Below, in pieces: positions 12,091 through 23,193 of a stretch of 64,000 nucleotides of DNA. The DNA comes from Malacoraja senta (Eukaryota), in the NCBI GenBank assembly GCA_038087875.1, contig CM075995.1, positions 7,380,001 through 7,444,000 of the forward strand. The letters run 5' to 3'. The position numbers and the translations under genes were made by a program. The notes beneath the pieces are model-generated. The model worked only from the letters and a program-made list of their open reading frames with translations, was not told the origin of the DNA and searched no databases. Numbering within the stretch: position 1 is the stretch's first letter; each line of letters starts with the position of its first letter.

Positions 12091-12572
12091 TAGACAATAG
12101 ACAATAGGTGCAGGATTAGGCCATTCGGCCCTTCGAGCCAGCACCGCCATTCAATGTGATCATGGCTGATCATCCCCAATCAGTACCCCGTTCCTGCCTT
12201 CTCCCCATATCCCCTGACTCCGCTATTTTTAAGAGCCCTATCTAGCTCTCTCTTGAAAGCATCCAGAGAACCCGCCTCCACCGCCCTCTGAGGCAGAGAA
12301 TTCCACAGACTCACCACTCTCTGTGAGAAAAAGTGTTTCCTCGTCTCCGTTCTAAATGGCTTACTCCTTATTCTTAAACTGTGACCCCTGGTTCTGGACT
12401 CCCCCAACATCGGGAACATGTTTCCTGCCTCTAGCGTGTCCAAGCCCTTAACAATCTTATATGTTTCAATGAGATTCCCTCTCATCCTTCTGAACTCCAG
12501 AGTGTACAAGCCCAGCCGCTCCATTCTCTCAGCATATGACAGTCCCCGCCATCCCGGGAATTAACCTTGTAC
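12091..12572 (-). mobile_element. CR1 LINE 3' fragment inserted antisense just after the cd83 exon 3 donor
   Basis: CR1 ORF2 end (ORF 12180..12524) and ctattgt tail; TSD-like aagttagac (12087-12095) / aagttggac (12573-12581). Confidence 0.9.
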
Positions 12573-13159
12573 AAGTTGGACGAGACTTTAGCTTAGTTTA
12601 GAGATACAGCGCTGAAACCGGCCCTTCGGCCTACCGAGTCCGCATCGACCAGCGATCCGCGCACACTAACACTATCCTACAGACTCTTGGGACAATTTGT
12701 GTTCGCACCAAGCCGATTCACCTTCAATCCTGCACGTCTTTGGGAGTGCGGGAGAAAGCGAATATCTCGGACAAAACCCACGCAGGTCACGGGGAGAGCG
12801 CGCAAACTCCGTACAGACTGTGGCCGTCGTCGGGATCGAACCTGCAAGCGCTGTGGGGGAGTCTAGGACCAGAGGGCACAGTCTCAAAAAAAAAAAAATG
12901 GCATCCTGAGAAAAGAGATGAGGAGGAATTTCTTTAGGGTGATGAATCTGTGGAATTCATCGCCACTGACGGCTGTGGAGGCCAAGTCGATGGATATTTT
13001 TTACGGAGGAGATTGACAGATTCTTGATTAGTACGAGTATCAGGGGTTACGGGGAGAAGGCAGGAGAATGGGGTTGAGAGGGAAAGATAGATCAGCCATG
13101 TTTGAATGGCGGAGTCGACTTGATGGGCCGAATGGCCTAATTCTGCCCCTATTTCTGCT

Positions 13160-13886
13160 TGCTAGTGAGGGAGTGCAGCGTAGGTTTACGAGGTTAATTC
13201 CCGGGATGGCAGGACTGTCATATGATGATAGAATGGAGCGGCTGGGCTTGTACACTCTGGAATTTAAAAGGATGAGAGGGAATCTTATTGAAACATATAA
13301 GATTATTAAGGGATTGGACACGCTAGAGGCAGGAAACTCGTTCCCGATGTTGGGGCAAGTCCAGAACCAGGGGCCCCAGTTTAAGATAGACAAAAGTGCT
13401 GGAGAAACTCAGAAGGTGCGGCAGTATCTATGGAGCGAAGGAAATAGGCAACGTTTCGGGCCGAAACCCTTCTTCAGACTGATGCAGGGTGGGTGGGGGG
13501 GGGGGGGGCGGGAAGAAGAAAGGAAGAGGAGGAGCCAGAGGGCTGAATCACAGAGGGGGGGCAGTCAGAGATTGTAAAACTGTCTTCGGTGGGAGGAGGT
13601 GAACTTCTTTAAGAATAAGGGTAGACCATTTAGAACGGAGACGAGGAAAAACTTTTTCACCCAGAGAGTTGTGAATCTGTGGAATTCTCTGCCTCAGTGG
13701 AGGCCGGTTCTCTGGATGCTTTCAAGAGAGAGTTAGATAGAGCTCTTAAAGAAAGCGGAGTCAGGGGATATGGGAGAAGGCAGGAATGGGGTACTGATTG
13801 GGGATGATCAGCCATGATCACATTGAATGGCGGTGCTGGCTCGAAAGGCCGAATGGCCTACTCCTGCACCTATTGTCTATTGTCTA
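13160..13886 (+). mobile_element. CR1 3' fragment interrupted by a PLE terminal-repeat fragment (~13385-13610; hammerhead 13450-13477 minus)
   Basis: CR1 motifs resume after the insert; the insert has CUGAAGAAGGGUUUCGGCCCGAAACGUU on minus. Confidence 0.8.
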
Positions 13887-14184
13887 TTCTCACTTATGAC
13901 CTTAAATACATCTTAGGTAAGCATCTCAGATACAGTACAAGGGTGTATAGCAGCAGTACACTGAGACAGTTTGTACGTTCTACCTGTGACCACGTGGGTT
14001 TTCTCCGGGTGCTCCAGGCTTCCCCCCAAATTCCAAAGACGTACAGGTTCGTCGGTAGATTGGCTTCGGTAATATTATAAATTGCCCCCTGGTGTATAGG
14101 TTAGTGCTAGTGCACGGGGACGAGCGCAGGGCAGCGCAGGCTCGATGGGCCTGTTTCCCGTGCTGTGTCCCGAAAGTCTAAAGT

Positions 14185-14420
14185 GGTCAAAGTCACAATG
14201 ACACATCCCCGCGGCACGATGCTGGGAGACAAGGAAATGAAACCGGCTGGAATCAGAAGTCACGATGATGTGGCATGACCCGAAACTATTTGCAAGGCAA
14301 AACGCCCTCAGTAACCCAGAGTATTTGCATGCGTTGAAGTCGTGCCAGATGGAATCTTTGCCAACCGAGGGACTGAAAGGTTACCACAGCTCGATTTCGT
14401 TCGCGGTTCGTAGGTTCACG
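14185..14420. promoter_or_regulatory. Candidate cd83 intron 3 enhancer (EICE + octamer + RUNX)
   Basis: Non-repetitive island with GGAAATGAAAC (14233-14243), ATTTGCAT (14323-14330) and ACCACA (14383-14388). Motif evidence only. Confidence 0.4.
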
Positions 14421-15698
14421 AGACCGTAGGCTCACGAGATTGATCCCTGGGATGGCGGGACTGTCATGTGAGGAAAGATTTGAAAAGACTAGGCTTGTAT
14501 TCACTGGAGTTTAGAAGGATGAGAGGGTGGGGATCTTATAGAAACATATAAAATTATAAAAGGACTGGACAAGCTCGATGCAGGAAAAATGTTCCCAATG
14601 TTGGGCGAGTCCAGAACCAGGGGCCACAGTCTTAGAATAAAGGGGAGGCCATTTAAGACTGAGGTGAGAAAAAACTTTTTCTCACAGAGAGTGGTGAGTC
14701 TGTGGAATTCTCTGCCTCAGAGGGCGGTGGAGTCCCAGCCTACTCAACCCCTCCCTATAACACACACCCTCGAGTCCTGGCGACACCCTCGTCAAAGCGA
14801 AACACAAAGTGCTGGATTCTTGAAAATACTTGAAAATAATGCCTGTTATATCATCTAACTCCGCACGGACAGCAAACGCAGTCGGGATCGAACCTGGGTC
14901 CCTGGCGCTGGGCAGTCACGGTGGCTCAGCGGTAGAGTTGCTGCCTTACATCAAAATGCAGCGCCAGAGACCCGGGTTCGATCCCAACTATGGGTGCTGT
15001 CTGTACGGAGTTTGTACCTTCTCCCCGTGATCTGCGTGGGTTTTCTCCGGCATCTTCGATTTCCTCCCACACTCCAAAGACGTGCAGGTTTGTAGGTTAA
15101 TTGGCTTGGTATAAATGTAAAAATTGGCCAGTATAAAATTGTCCAACTTCCACTGCTGAGTGATGCTCTCTATCTAGAGTTTTTCAGCGTACTATATCCA
15201 GATCCAGAAATGCTGCCTGGTTTTCAAGAGAGAGTTAGCTTTAGCTCTTGGGGCTAAAGGAATCAAGGTATATGAGGAAAAAGCAGGAACGGGGTACTGA
15301 TTTTGGATGATCAGCCATGATGCAGGATGCAGGAAGATTGTTCCCGATGTTGGGGAAATCCAGAACAAGGGGTCACAGTTTAAGGATAAGGGGGAAGTCT
15401 TTTAGGACCGAGATGAGAATTTTTTTTTTTCACACAGAGAGTGGTGAATCTGTGGAATTCTCTGCCACAGAGGGTGGTTGAGGCCAGTTCATTGGCTATA
15501 TTTAAGAGGGAGTTAGATGTGGCCCTTGTGGCTAAAGGGATCAGGGGGTATGGAGAGAAGGCAGGTACGGGATACTGAGTTGGATGATCAGCCATGATCA
15601 TATTGAATGGCGGTGCTGGCTGGAAGGGACGAATGGCCTACACCTGCAACTATTTCCTATGTTTCTTTATTTACTGAGTGAAATTTGTTCCTATCTAG

Positions 15699-15796
15699 GT
15701 GGTGCAAGGACAACAAGTACGGACTCGACCATATGGCTGATGGTATCCATGGCAAGTGGCCTGTGCGCTCTTTGTTTAATCTGTCTTCTGATCAAG
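15699..15796 (+). CDS. cd83: CD83 homolog, coding exon 4 (stalk + transmembrane helix)
   Basis: Acceptor cctatctag|, donor AAG|gtaggt; 98 nt, phase 1 to 0, matching exon 3. Encodes GGARTTSTDSTIWLMVSMASGLCALCLICLLIK with a ~21-aa hydrophobic stretch, in unique sequence between repeats. Confidence 0.85.
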
Positions 15797-16568
15797 GTAG
15801 GTCAGCTAGAATTTGCGTTGGATAAAACCAGTTCCGTTTTTCATTAATAGAGATACAGCGCGGAAACAGGCCCTTCGGCCCACCGAGTCCGCGCCGACCA
15901 GCGATCCCCGCACACTTAACACTAAAAACGCAGATTCAGGGACAGTTTCTTCCCAGCTGTTACCAGGCAACCGAATCAACCTATCACAACGTGGAGAATA
16001 CACTTGTTAATAAACTAAATTGAAACTAGTTTTAGTTTTTTTCCGGAAAACCAGCCCTTTAACCCAGCGAGTCCACGGCCAACCAGCGATCCCTGCACAC
16101 TAACACTATCCTCAGTTTCAGATTCGGCCCTATTTCCTTCGCTCCATAGATGCTGCCGCACCCGCTGAGTTTCTCCAGCAATTTTGTCTACCTTCGATCT
16201 TCCAGCATCTGCAGTTCCTTCTTAAACAATAATCAGTTTGGTTTATCGTCACCTGTACCGAGGTACAGTGAAAAGCTTTTTGTTGCGTGCTAACCAGTCG
16301 GCGGAAAGACAACACATGATTACAATCGAGCCATTCGCAGTGTATAGATACGTGATAAAGGGAATAACGTTGGAATTACGTTTAGTGCAAGATATAGCCA
16401 GTAAAGTTCGATCAATGATAGTCCGAGGGTCACCAATGAGGTAGATAGTAGCTCAGGACCGCACTCCAGTAGCTGGTGGGATGGCTCAGTTGCCCTGATA
16501 ACAGCTGGGAAGAAACTGCCCCTGAAACCTGAATCCAAAGCTTGTCCCTCATCACTAACAATATCGTG

Positions 16569-16810
16569 GGCGGCACGGTGGCGCAGCGGTAGAGTTGCTG
16601 CCTTACAGCGCCAGAGACCCGGGTTCCATCCTGACTACGGGTGCTTAATAGTACGGAGTTTATACGTTCCCCCCGTGACCTGCGTAGGTTTTCTCCGAGA
16701 TCTTCGGTGTTTGTCGGATAGTATTGATGTGCGGGGATCGCTGGTCGGTGCGGACTGGATGGGCCGAAGGGCCTGTTTCCGCACTGTATCTCTAAACTAA
16801 AACTAAACTA
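16569..16810 (+). mobile_element. tRNA-derived V-SINE (HE1-like)
   Basis: A box ggtggcgcagcggtag, B-box-like gggttccatcc, V-domain ggagtttxtacgttcxccccgtg, CR1-like 3' end with (actaa)n tail. Many other copies in the window. Confidence 0.85.
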
Positions 16811-17622
16811 ATCTGTTGGAACATAGAACAGTACAGCAGCACAGGAACGGGCCCTTCGGCCCACAATGTTTGTGCCGAACACGATTGCAACACCAACCCT
16901 TACTTGCCTGCACTTGATCCATATCATGCGACAGGAGCAGAATGAGGCCACTCGGCCCATCGAGTCTACTCCGCCATCCAATCATGGCTGATCTATCTCT
17001 CCCTCCCAACCCCGTTCTCCTGCCTTCTCCCCACCACCCCTGACACTCGTACTAATCACGAATCTATCACTGCCATTAAAATATCCACTGATTGGGTCTC
17101 CACAGCCTTCTGTGACGCAATAGACAATAGGTGCAGGAGTAGGCCATTTGGCCCTTCGAACCAGCACCGCCATTCAATGTGATCATGGCTGATCATCCCC
17201 AATCAGTACCCCGTTCCTGCCTTCTCCCCATATCCCCTGACTCCGCTATCTTTAAGAGCCCTATCTAGCTCTCTCTTGAAACCATCCAGAGAACCGGCCT
17301 CCACACTCACAACTCTCTGTGAGAAAAAGTGTTTCCACGTCTCTGTTCTAAATGGCTTACTCCTTATTCTTAAACTGTGGCCCCTGGTTCTGGACTCCCC
17401 AACATCGGGAACATGTTTCCTGCCTCTAGCGTGTCCAAACCCTTAATAATCTTATATGTTTCAATGAGATCCTCTCTGAAACATATAAGATTCTGCTCAT
17501 GTGACGTATACGAGTTGGGCCGAAGGGCCTGTTCCAGTGCGGCCCACGTGAATCTCTGCCTCCGTGACTGATGTCGCCTCTAACATTTTCCTGGGTTTGC
17601 CCCATTTTTCCCGTGTTTCCAG

Positions 17623-17718
17623 GTCTGCAGCGGACGAAAGGAAAAGTACGGCAAGCTGGGCCAGGATTTGTCAGACTGCACGATCCCAGTCAAGGAGAGT
17701 GGGGTCATCATGACGTGA
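17623..17718 (+). CDS. cd83: CD83 homolog, coding exon 5 (cytoplasmic tail to stop)
   Basis: Strong polypyrimidine acceptor (catttttcccgtgtttccag|). Phase 0 reads VCSGRKEKYGKLGQDLSDCTIPVKESGVIMT-TGA. Unique sequence; tail length fits CD83. Confidence 0.75.
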   Translation, partial: VCSGRKEKYGKLGQDLSDCTIPVKESGVIMT

Positions 17719-18169
17719 CGAAAAGAGTCCGGCTCTGTGAAAGAAAACTTCAAAACACAACTCCAGGAGTTGCTCAAGAGGGCCGAATCCACTGATCACT
17801 GGCAGCAGCTCCACAAACACAGATTAATCTACGTACTAGACTAAGTGGGACCCAGTCTCACACGGGAAGCCTGTTCCCGCAACACAATATTCCACCATTT
17901 AGACTTAGCCCCCAACCGACAGGCATCGGCAAGTGGAAAAGGGGATTTATTAAAGCTTCAAATGTGGATAACTCTTAACACACAGATCTGTTTTGTAGTC
18001 AATGCCTACTATGTTCTGATAGGACAATGAAGCAAAGCAAGAATATCATTGTCCTATCAGGGACACATGACAATAAACTCACTTGAACTTGAACTTGACA
18101 TATAATTAACAATTTAAATGTTAAAGATGAGATTTATTCAGTCCATTCTTTCTTGCGTCCCTTGTTGCG

Positions 18170-18841
18170 TTCTGCAGCTGGGGGAGGGGGATGACTTCAG
18201 GTGGGGGAGGGGGGAGCGTCCTGCAGCAGGGAGAGGTGGTCGGCTTCATGCGGGGCCTGTCGGGAATGGGGGGGAAGGGAGCGCTGCCATGGCCCACCTT
18301 CAGGGGTGGGGGGGGGGGGGGGGGAGCATCCTACAGCCGGGGGAGGGGAACGGCTTCAGTCGAGGGCCGTGGTGGGGGGAAACGTCCTGCAGCTGGGGGA
18401 GCAGGATGGCTTCAGGCGGGGGCCGGCTTCAGGTGGGGGTGGGGGGGGAGCATCCTGCAGCTGGGGTAGGGGGTCGACTTCAGGCGGGGATGTTGGGGGC
18501 CGGTGGGAGAGGGGGGGGTGTCCTGCAGCCGAGGGAGGGGGACTGCTTCAGGCGGGGGCTGTCGGGTGGTGGGGGGGGGGGGAGAGCGTCCTGCAGCTGG
18601 GGACGGCTTCAGGCGGGGGCCGGCAGGAGCGTTCTGTATACGGGGGAGGGGTACGGCTTCAGGTGGGGCCTGTCGGGGATTGGTGGGGTGGGGGGGTACG
18701 CTGTCGTAGCCTGTCGCTGCTGCTCCCCACTGGCTTCAGGTGGGGACCGGTGGGGAGCATCCAGCAGCTGGGGATGGGCACGGCTTCAGGCGGGGGCCAG
18801 TGAGGGGGGGGGGTGGACGGCTTCAGGCGGGGGCTGTTGGG
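18170..18841. repeat. G-rich degenerate minisatellite abutting the assembly gap
   Basis: Recurrent cggcttcaggcggggg / gagcatcctgcagctggg units with long G runs. Confidence 0.85.
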
Positions 18842-19041
18842 NNNNNNNNNNNNNNNNNNNNNNNNNNNNNNNNNNNNNNNNNNNNNNNNNNNNNNNNNNN
18901 NNNNNNNNNNNNNNNNNNNNNNNNNNNNNNNNNNNNNNNNNNNNNNNNNNNNNNNNNNNNNNNNNNNNNNNNNNNNNNNNNNNNNNNNNNNNNNNNNNNN
19001 NNNNNNNNNNNNNNNNNNNNNNNNNNNNNNNNNNNNNNNNN
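18842..19041. other. Assembly gap (200 N)
   Basis: Run of N. Confidence 1.
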
Positions 19042-20214
19042 GTGAGTGGGTGAGTGAGTGAGTTGGGTGGGTGGGTGAGTGAGTGAGTGGGTGAGTGGGT
19101 GAGTGAGTGAGTGAGTGGGTGAGTGAGTGAGTGGGTGGGTGGGTGAGTGGGTGAGTGAGTGAGTGGTGAGTGGGTGAGTGAGTGAGTGAGTGGGTGAGTG
19201 AGTGAGTGAGTTGAGTGAGTGAGTGGGTGGGTGAGTGAGTGGAGTGGGTGAGTGAGTGAGTGAGTGAGTGGTGAGTGGTGGGTGGGTGAGTGAGTGAGTG
19301 GGTGGGTGAGTGAGTGAGGGTGAAGTGGGTGCGTGAGTGAGTGAGTGAGTGGGTGAGTGGGTGAGTGAGTGAGTGTGAGTGGGTGGGTGAGTGAGTGGGG
19401 GGGTGAGTGAGTGGGTGGGTGGGTGAGTGAGTGAGTGGAGTGAGTGGGTGAGTGAGTGAGTGGGTGAGTGAGTGGGTGAGTGAGGTGAGTGAGTGAGTGA
19501 GTGGGTGGGTGAGTGAGTGTGGGTGGGTGGAGTGAGTGAGTGAGTGAGTGAGTGAGTTGAGTGGGTGAGTGAGTGAGTGAGTGGTGAGTGGGTGGAGTGA
19601 GTGAGTGGGTGAGTGAGTGAGTGGGTGAGTGAGTGGGTGAGTGCTGAGTGAGTGGGTGAGTGAGTGAGTGGGTGGGTGGGTGTGAGTGAGTGGGTGGAGT
19701 GAGTGAGTGGGTGAGTGGGTGAGTGAGTGGGTGAGTGAGTGAGTGGGTGAGTGAGTGAGTGGGTGTGAGTGAGTGAGTGAGTGGGTGAGTGGGTGAGTGA
19801 GTGAGTGAGTGGGTGAGTGGGTGAGTGAGGGGTGGGTGAGTGAGTGGGTGGGTGAGTGGGTGAGTGAGTGGGTGGGTGAGTGAGTGGGTGAGTGGGTGGG
19901 TGGGGGAGTGAGTGAGTGAGTGAGTGAATGAGTGAGTGAGTGGGTGAGTGGGTGAGTGAGTGGGTGGGTGAGTGAGTGGGTGAGTGGGTGGGTGGGGGGG
20001 TGAGTGAGTGAGTGAGTGAATGAGGTGAGTGAGTGGGTGAGTGGTGGGTGAGTGAGTGGGTGAGTGGGTGGGTGGGGGGGTGAGTGAGTGAGTGAGTGGG
20101 TGAGTGGGTGGGTGGGGGAGTGAGTGAGTGAGTGAGTGAATGAGTGAATGAGGTGAGTGAGTGGGTGAGTGGGGGGGTGAGTGAGTGAGTGGGTGAGTGA
20201 GTGAGTGAGTGAGA
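19042..20214. repeat. (GAGT/GGGT)n compound microsatellite, ~1.17 kb
   Basis: Direct reading of the sequence. Confidence 0.98.
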
Positions 20215-21000
20215 GCTTGGGGCAGGAACGGTTGTAAAAGCACACGTGTACCGTCCAGGCGAGAGGGGAGTTGTGATGGTGAAGGCCAGTTCAGTAATCC
20301 TTGCCCGGCTCTTACTGGAGGAGGCGTTGGGAAAAATAGCGCACAACATCAACTGCCAAATGAATTAACCCCTTCATGGCAAATAAAAAAACCCCAACCT
20401 ATTCAGCTCAACTAGAAAGAAATACAAAAACACACGACATTAATACTGGGCAGATGTTGTCGATCTGGAAAGGGCGCTGAGAAGATTTACGAGGACTAAT
20501 GAGGGGGGTCTGATTGAAACGTACCGAATAGTGAAAGATACCCTTCAGGTTCCTTGTCTGCGGGGTATCTTTTGATCTTTTGTCGACTCCACCTTCAATC
20601 ACTGGATGGATTTAAGAGAGAGTTAGATAGAGCTCTGGGGGCTAGTGGAATCAAGGGATATGGGGGAGAAGGCAGGCACGAGTTATTGATGGGGGGACGA
20701 TCAGCCATGATCGCAATGAATGGCGGTGTTGGCTCGAAGGGCCGAATGGCCTCCTCCTGCACCTATGGTCTATGTTTCAAGGAACCATGCACCCACGCTC
20801 CTAGATCCCTCTGTTCTACAACACTCCCCAGAGGCCGACACCACTCACTGTGTAGTTCCTGCCCATGTGAGACTTCCTGAAAGGCAACACCTCACATTTC
20901 TCTGTGTTAGTAGGGGTGTCAGGGGTTATGGGGAGAAGGCAGGAGAATGGGGTTGAGAGGGAGAGATAGATCAGCCATGATTGAATGGCGGAGTAGACTT

Positions 21001-21150
21001 TTTTTTTTTTTAATTTTTATTTATTAGAAGTACATTACATTTACAACCACATACATTAATACTCGTCATTTGTATCTTCTTACAATTAATGTACTCCTTT
21101 TATTTTTATTTTTTTACACTAGAAAAGGAAAAGATTAAAAGAAAGAAGAG
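21001..21150 (-). mobile_element. Severely 5'-truncated L1-type insertion (3' UTR + poly(A)) in a CR1 tail
   Basis: Poly(T) on +; 15-bp TSD tggcggagtagactt (20986-21000 / 21151-21165). Confidence 0.8.
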
Positions 21151-21819
21151 TGGCGGAGTAGACTTGATGGGCCGAATGGCCTCATTCTGCTCACTGAACT
21201 GATGACTCATGGACTAAACTCCATCGACCACTGGTGAAGACCAGGTCTCTTGCACCGCGAGTCAGCGTTCCACCTGCCACGAGTCCGCCGTGTCACCCGT
21301 GTTCCGCCAGGAAACGGGAAGGGAGAAGCAGACGCAGTTTTTGTCCGAATTTCCGACGTATAGAAATGGAAAAGCCGGGCTTTCTTTTTTATTTTCTTGA
21401 GCTGAACTGAATGAACATAACGGGCGAAACATGCTCAGCTTAGTTTAGAGATACAGCGCGGAAACAGGCCCTTCGGGCCCCACCGAGTCCGCGCCGGCCA
21501 GCCATCCCCGCGCGCTAACACAAAGCCTACACACACCAGGGACAATTTACGCTTCCACCAAGAATACAAATTCACCTACAAACCTGCACGTCTTTGGAGT
21601 GCGGGGAGGAAACCGAAGATCTCGAGATAAACGCACGCAGGTCACAGGGAGAACGTGCAAACTCCGTACAGACAGCACCGTAGTCAGGGTCAAACCCGGG
21701 TCTCTGGCGCCGTGAGGCAGCAACTCTGTGTAGGAAGGAACTGCAGATGCTGGTTTACACTGAAGAGAGAAACAAAATGGTGGAGCAACTCGACTCAACT
21801 CAAAACTCGTTTGTTGGCA

Positions 21820-22250
21820 CCGGGCCTCAACTCGCTGGAGTTTAGAAGGACGAGGGGGGACCTCATTGAAACGTACAGAATAGTGAAAGACCTTGATAGA
21901 GTGGATGTGGAGAGGATGTTTCCACTAGTGGTGGGAGAGTCTAGGACTAGAGGTCACAGCCTCAGAAATAAAGGACGTTACTTTAGGAAGGGGATGAGAA
22001 GGAATTTCTTCAGTCAGAGGGTGGTGAATCTGTGGAATTCTTTGCCACGGAAGGCTGTGGAGGCCAAGTCATTGGATATTTTTAAGGCAGAGAGAGATAG
22101 ATTCTTGATTAGTACGGGTGTAAGGGGTTATGGGGAGAGGGCAGGAGAATGGGGTTAGAAGGGAGAGATAGATCAGCCATGATTGAATGGCGGAGTGGAC
22201 TCGATGGGCCGAATGGCCTAACTCTGCTCCTATCACTTATGACCTTATGA
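21820..22250 (+). mobile_element. CR1 LINE 3' fragment
   Basis: RRTRGDLIETYRIVK...WNSLP in ORF 21655..22158. Confidence 0.88.
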
Positions 22251-22440
22251 GACAGGCTGCATCTCTAGAGAGCAGGAACGGGTGACGTTTCGGGTCGAGA
22301 CCTTTCGTCAGACTGAGAGTCAGGGGAGAGGGAAACAAAAGATATGGAAGGGCAAGGTGTGAAAAACGAGAGATCAAAGGGGAAGCACTTCATGGAAAAT
22401 GTAGACTAGATCATTGTTAGCTGCGGGCAAGGTGACAACG

Positions 22441-23193
22441 AGGTCTACAGAGGCCTATAGAGGCATACAGAGGCCTAGAGGTATACAGAGGCATTCAGAG
22501 GCCTAGAGGTATTCAGAGGCATTCAGAGGCCTAGAGGTATACAGAGGCATTCAGAGGCCCAGAGGTTTATACAGGCATTCAGAGGCCCAGAGGTATAGAG
22601 GCATTCAGAGGCCTAGAGGTATACAGAGGCATTCAGAGGCCTAGGGGTATACAGAGGCATTCAGAGGCCTAGAGGTATACAGAGGCATTCAGGGGCCTAG
22701 AGGTATACAGAGGCATTCAGAGGCCCAGAGGTTTATACAGGCATTCAGAGGCCCAGAGGTATACAGAGGCATTCAGAGGCCTAGAGGTATACAGAGGCAT
22801 TCAGAGGCCCAGAGGTATACAGAGGCATTCAGAGGCCTAGAGGTATACAGAGGCATTCAGAGGCCTAGGGGTATACAGAGGCATTCAGAGGCCTAGGGGT
22901 ATACAGAGGCATTCAGAGGCCTAGAGATATACAGAAGCCTTCAGAGGCCTACATACAGAGGCATTCAGAGGCCCACAGAAACATAAAGAGGTCTACATGG
23001 GGCATTCAGAGGCCTACAGAAGCATACAGAGGCCTACAGAGGCCGACAGTCATACAGAGGCCTAGAGGCACACAGAGGCCTACAGAGGCATCCAGATGCA
23101 TTCAGAGGCCTCTGTCTGACTCTGTATGTCTCTGTGTGCCTCTGTAGGCCTCTGAATGCAGAGGCCTACAGAGACATACAGAGGCATACAGAG
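22441..23193. repeat. 28-bp minisatellite (cagaggcattcagaggcctagaggtata)n with a distal inverted segment
   Basis: About 17 regular copies, then degenerate units; inverted stretch at ~23105-23160. Confidence 0.92.

Noticed and set aside
16569..16645. tRNA genes
   Set aside because: The tRNA-like A/B boxes are SINE heads followed by a V-domain and LINE tail; no complete cloverleaf.
17571..17795. ORF-track frame as the last cd83 exon
   Set aside because: Exon 4 ends in phase 0, which gives the VCSGRKEK... frame from 17623, not the listed frame.
18118..20352. Gly-rich and THSL-repeat ORFs
   Set aside because: Arise from G-rich and GAGT repeats plus read-through of Ns.
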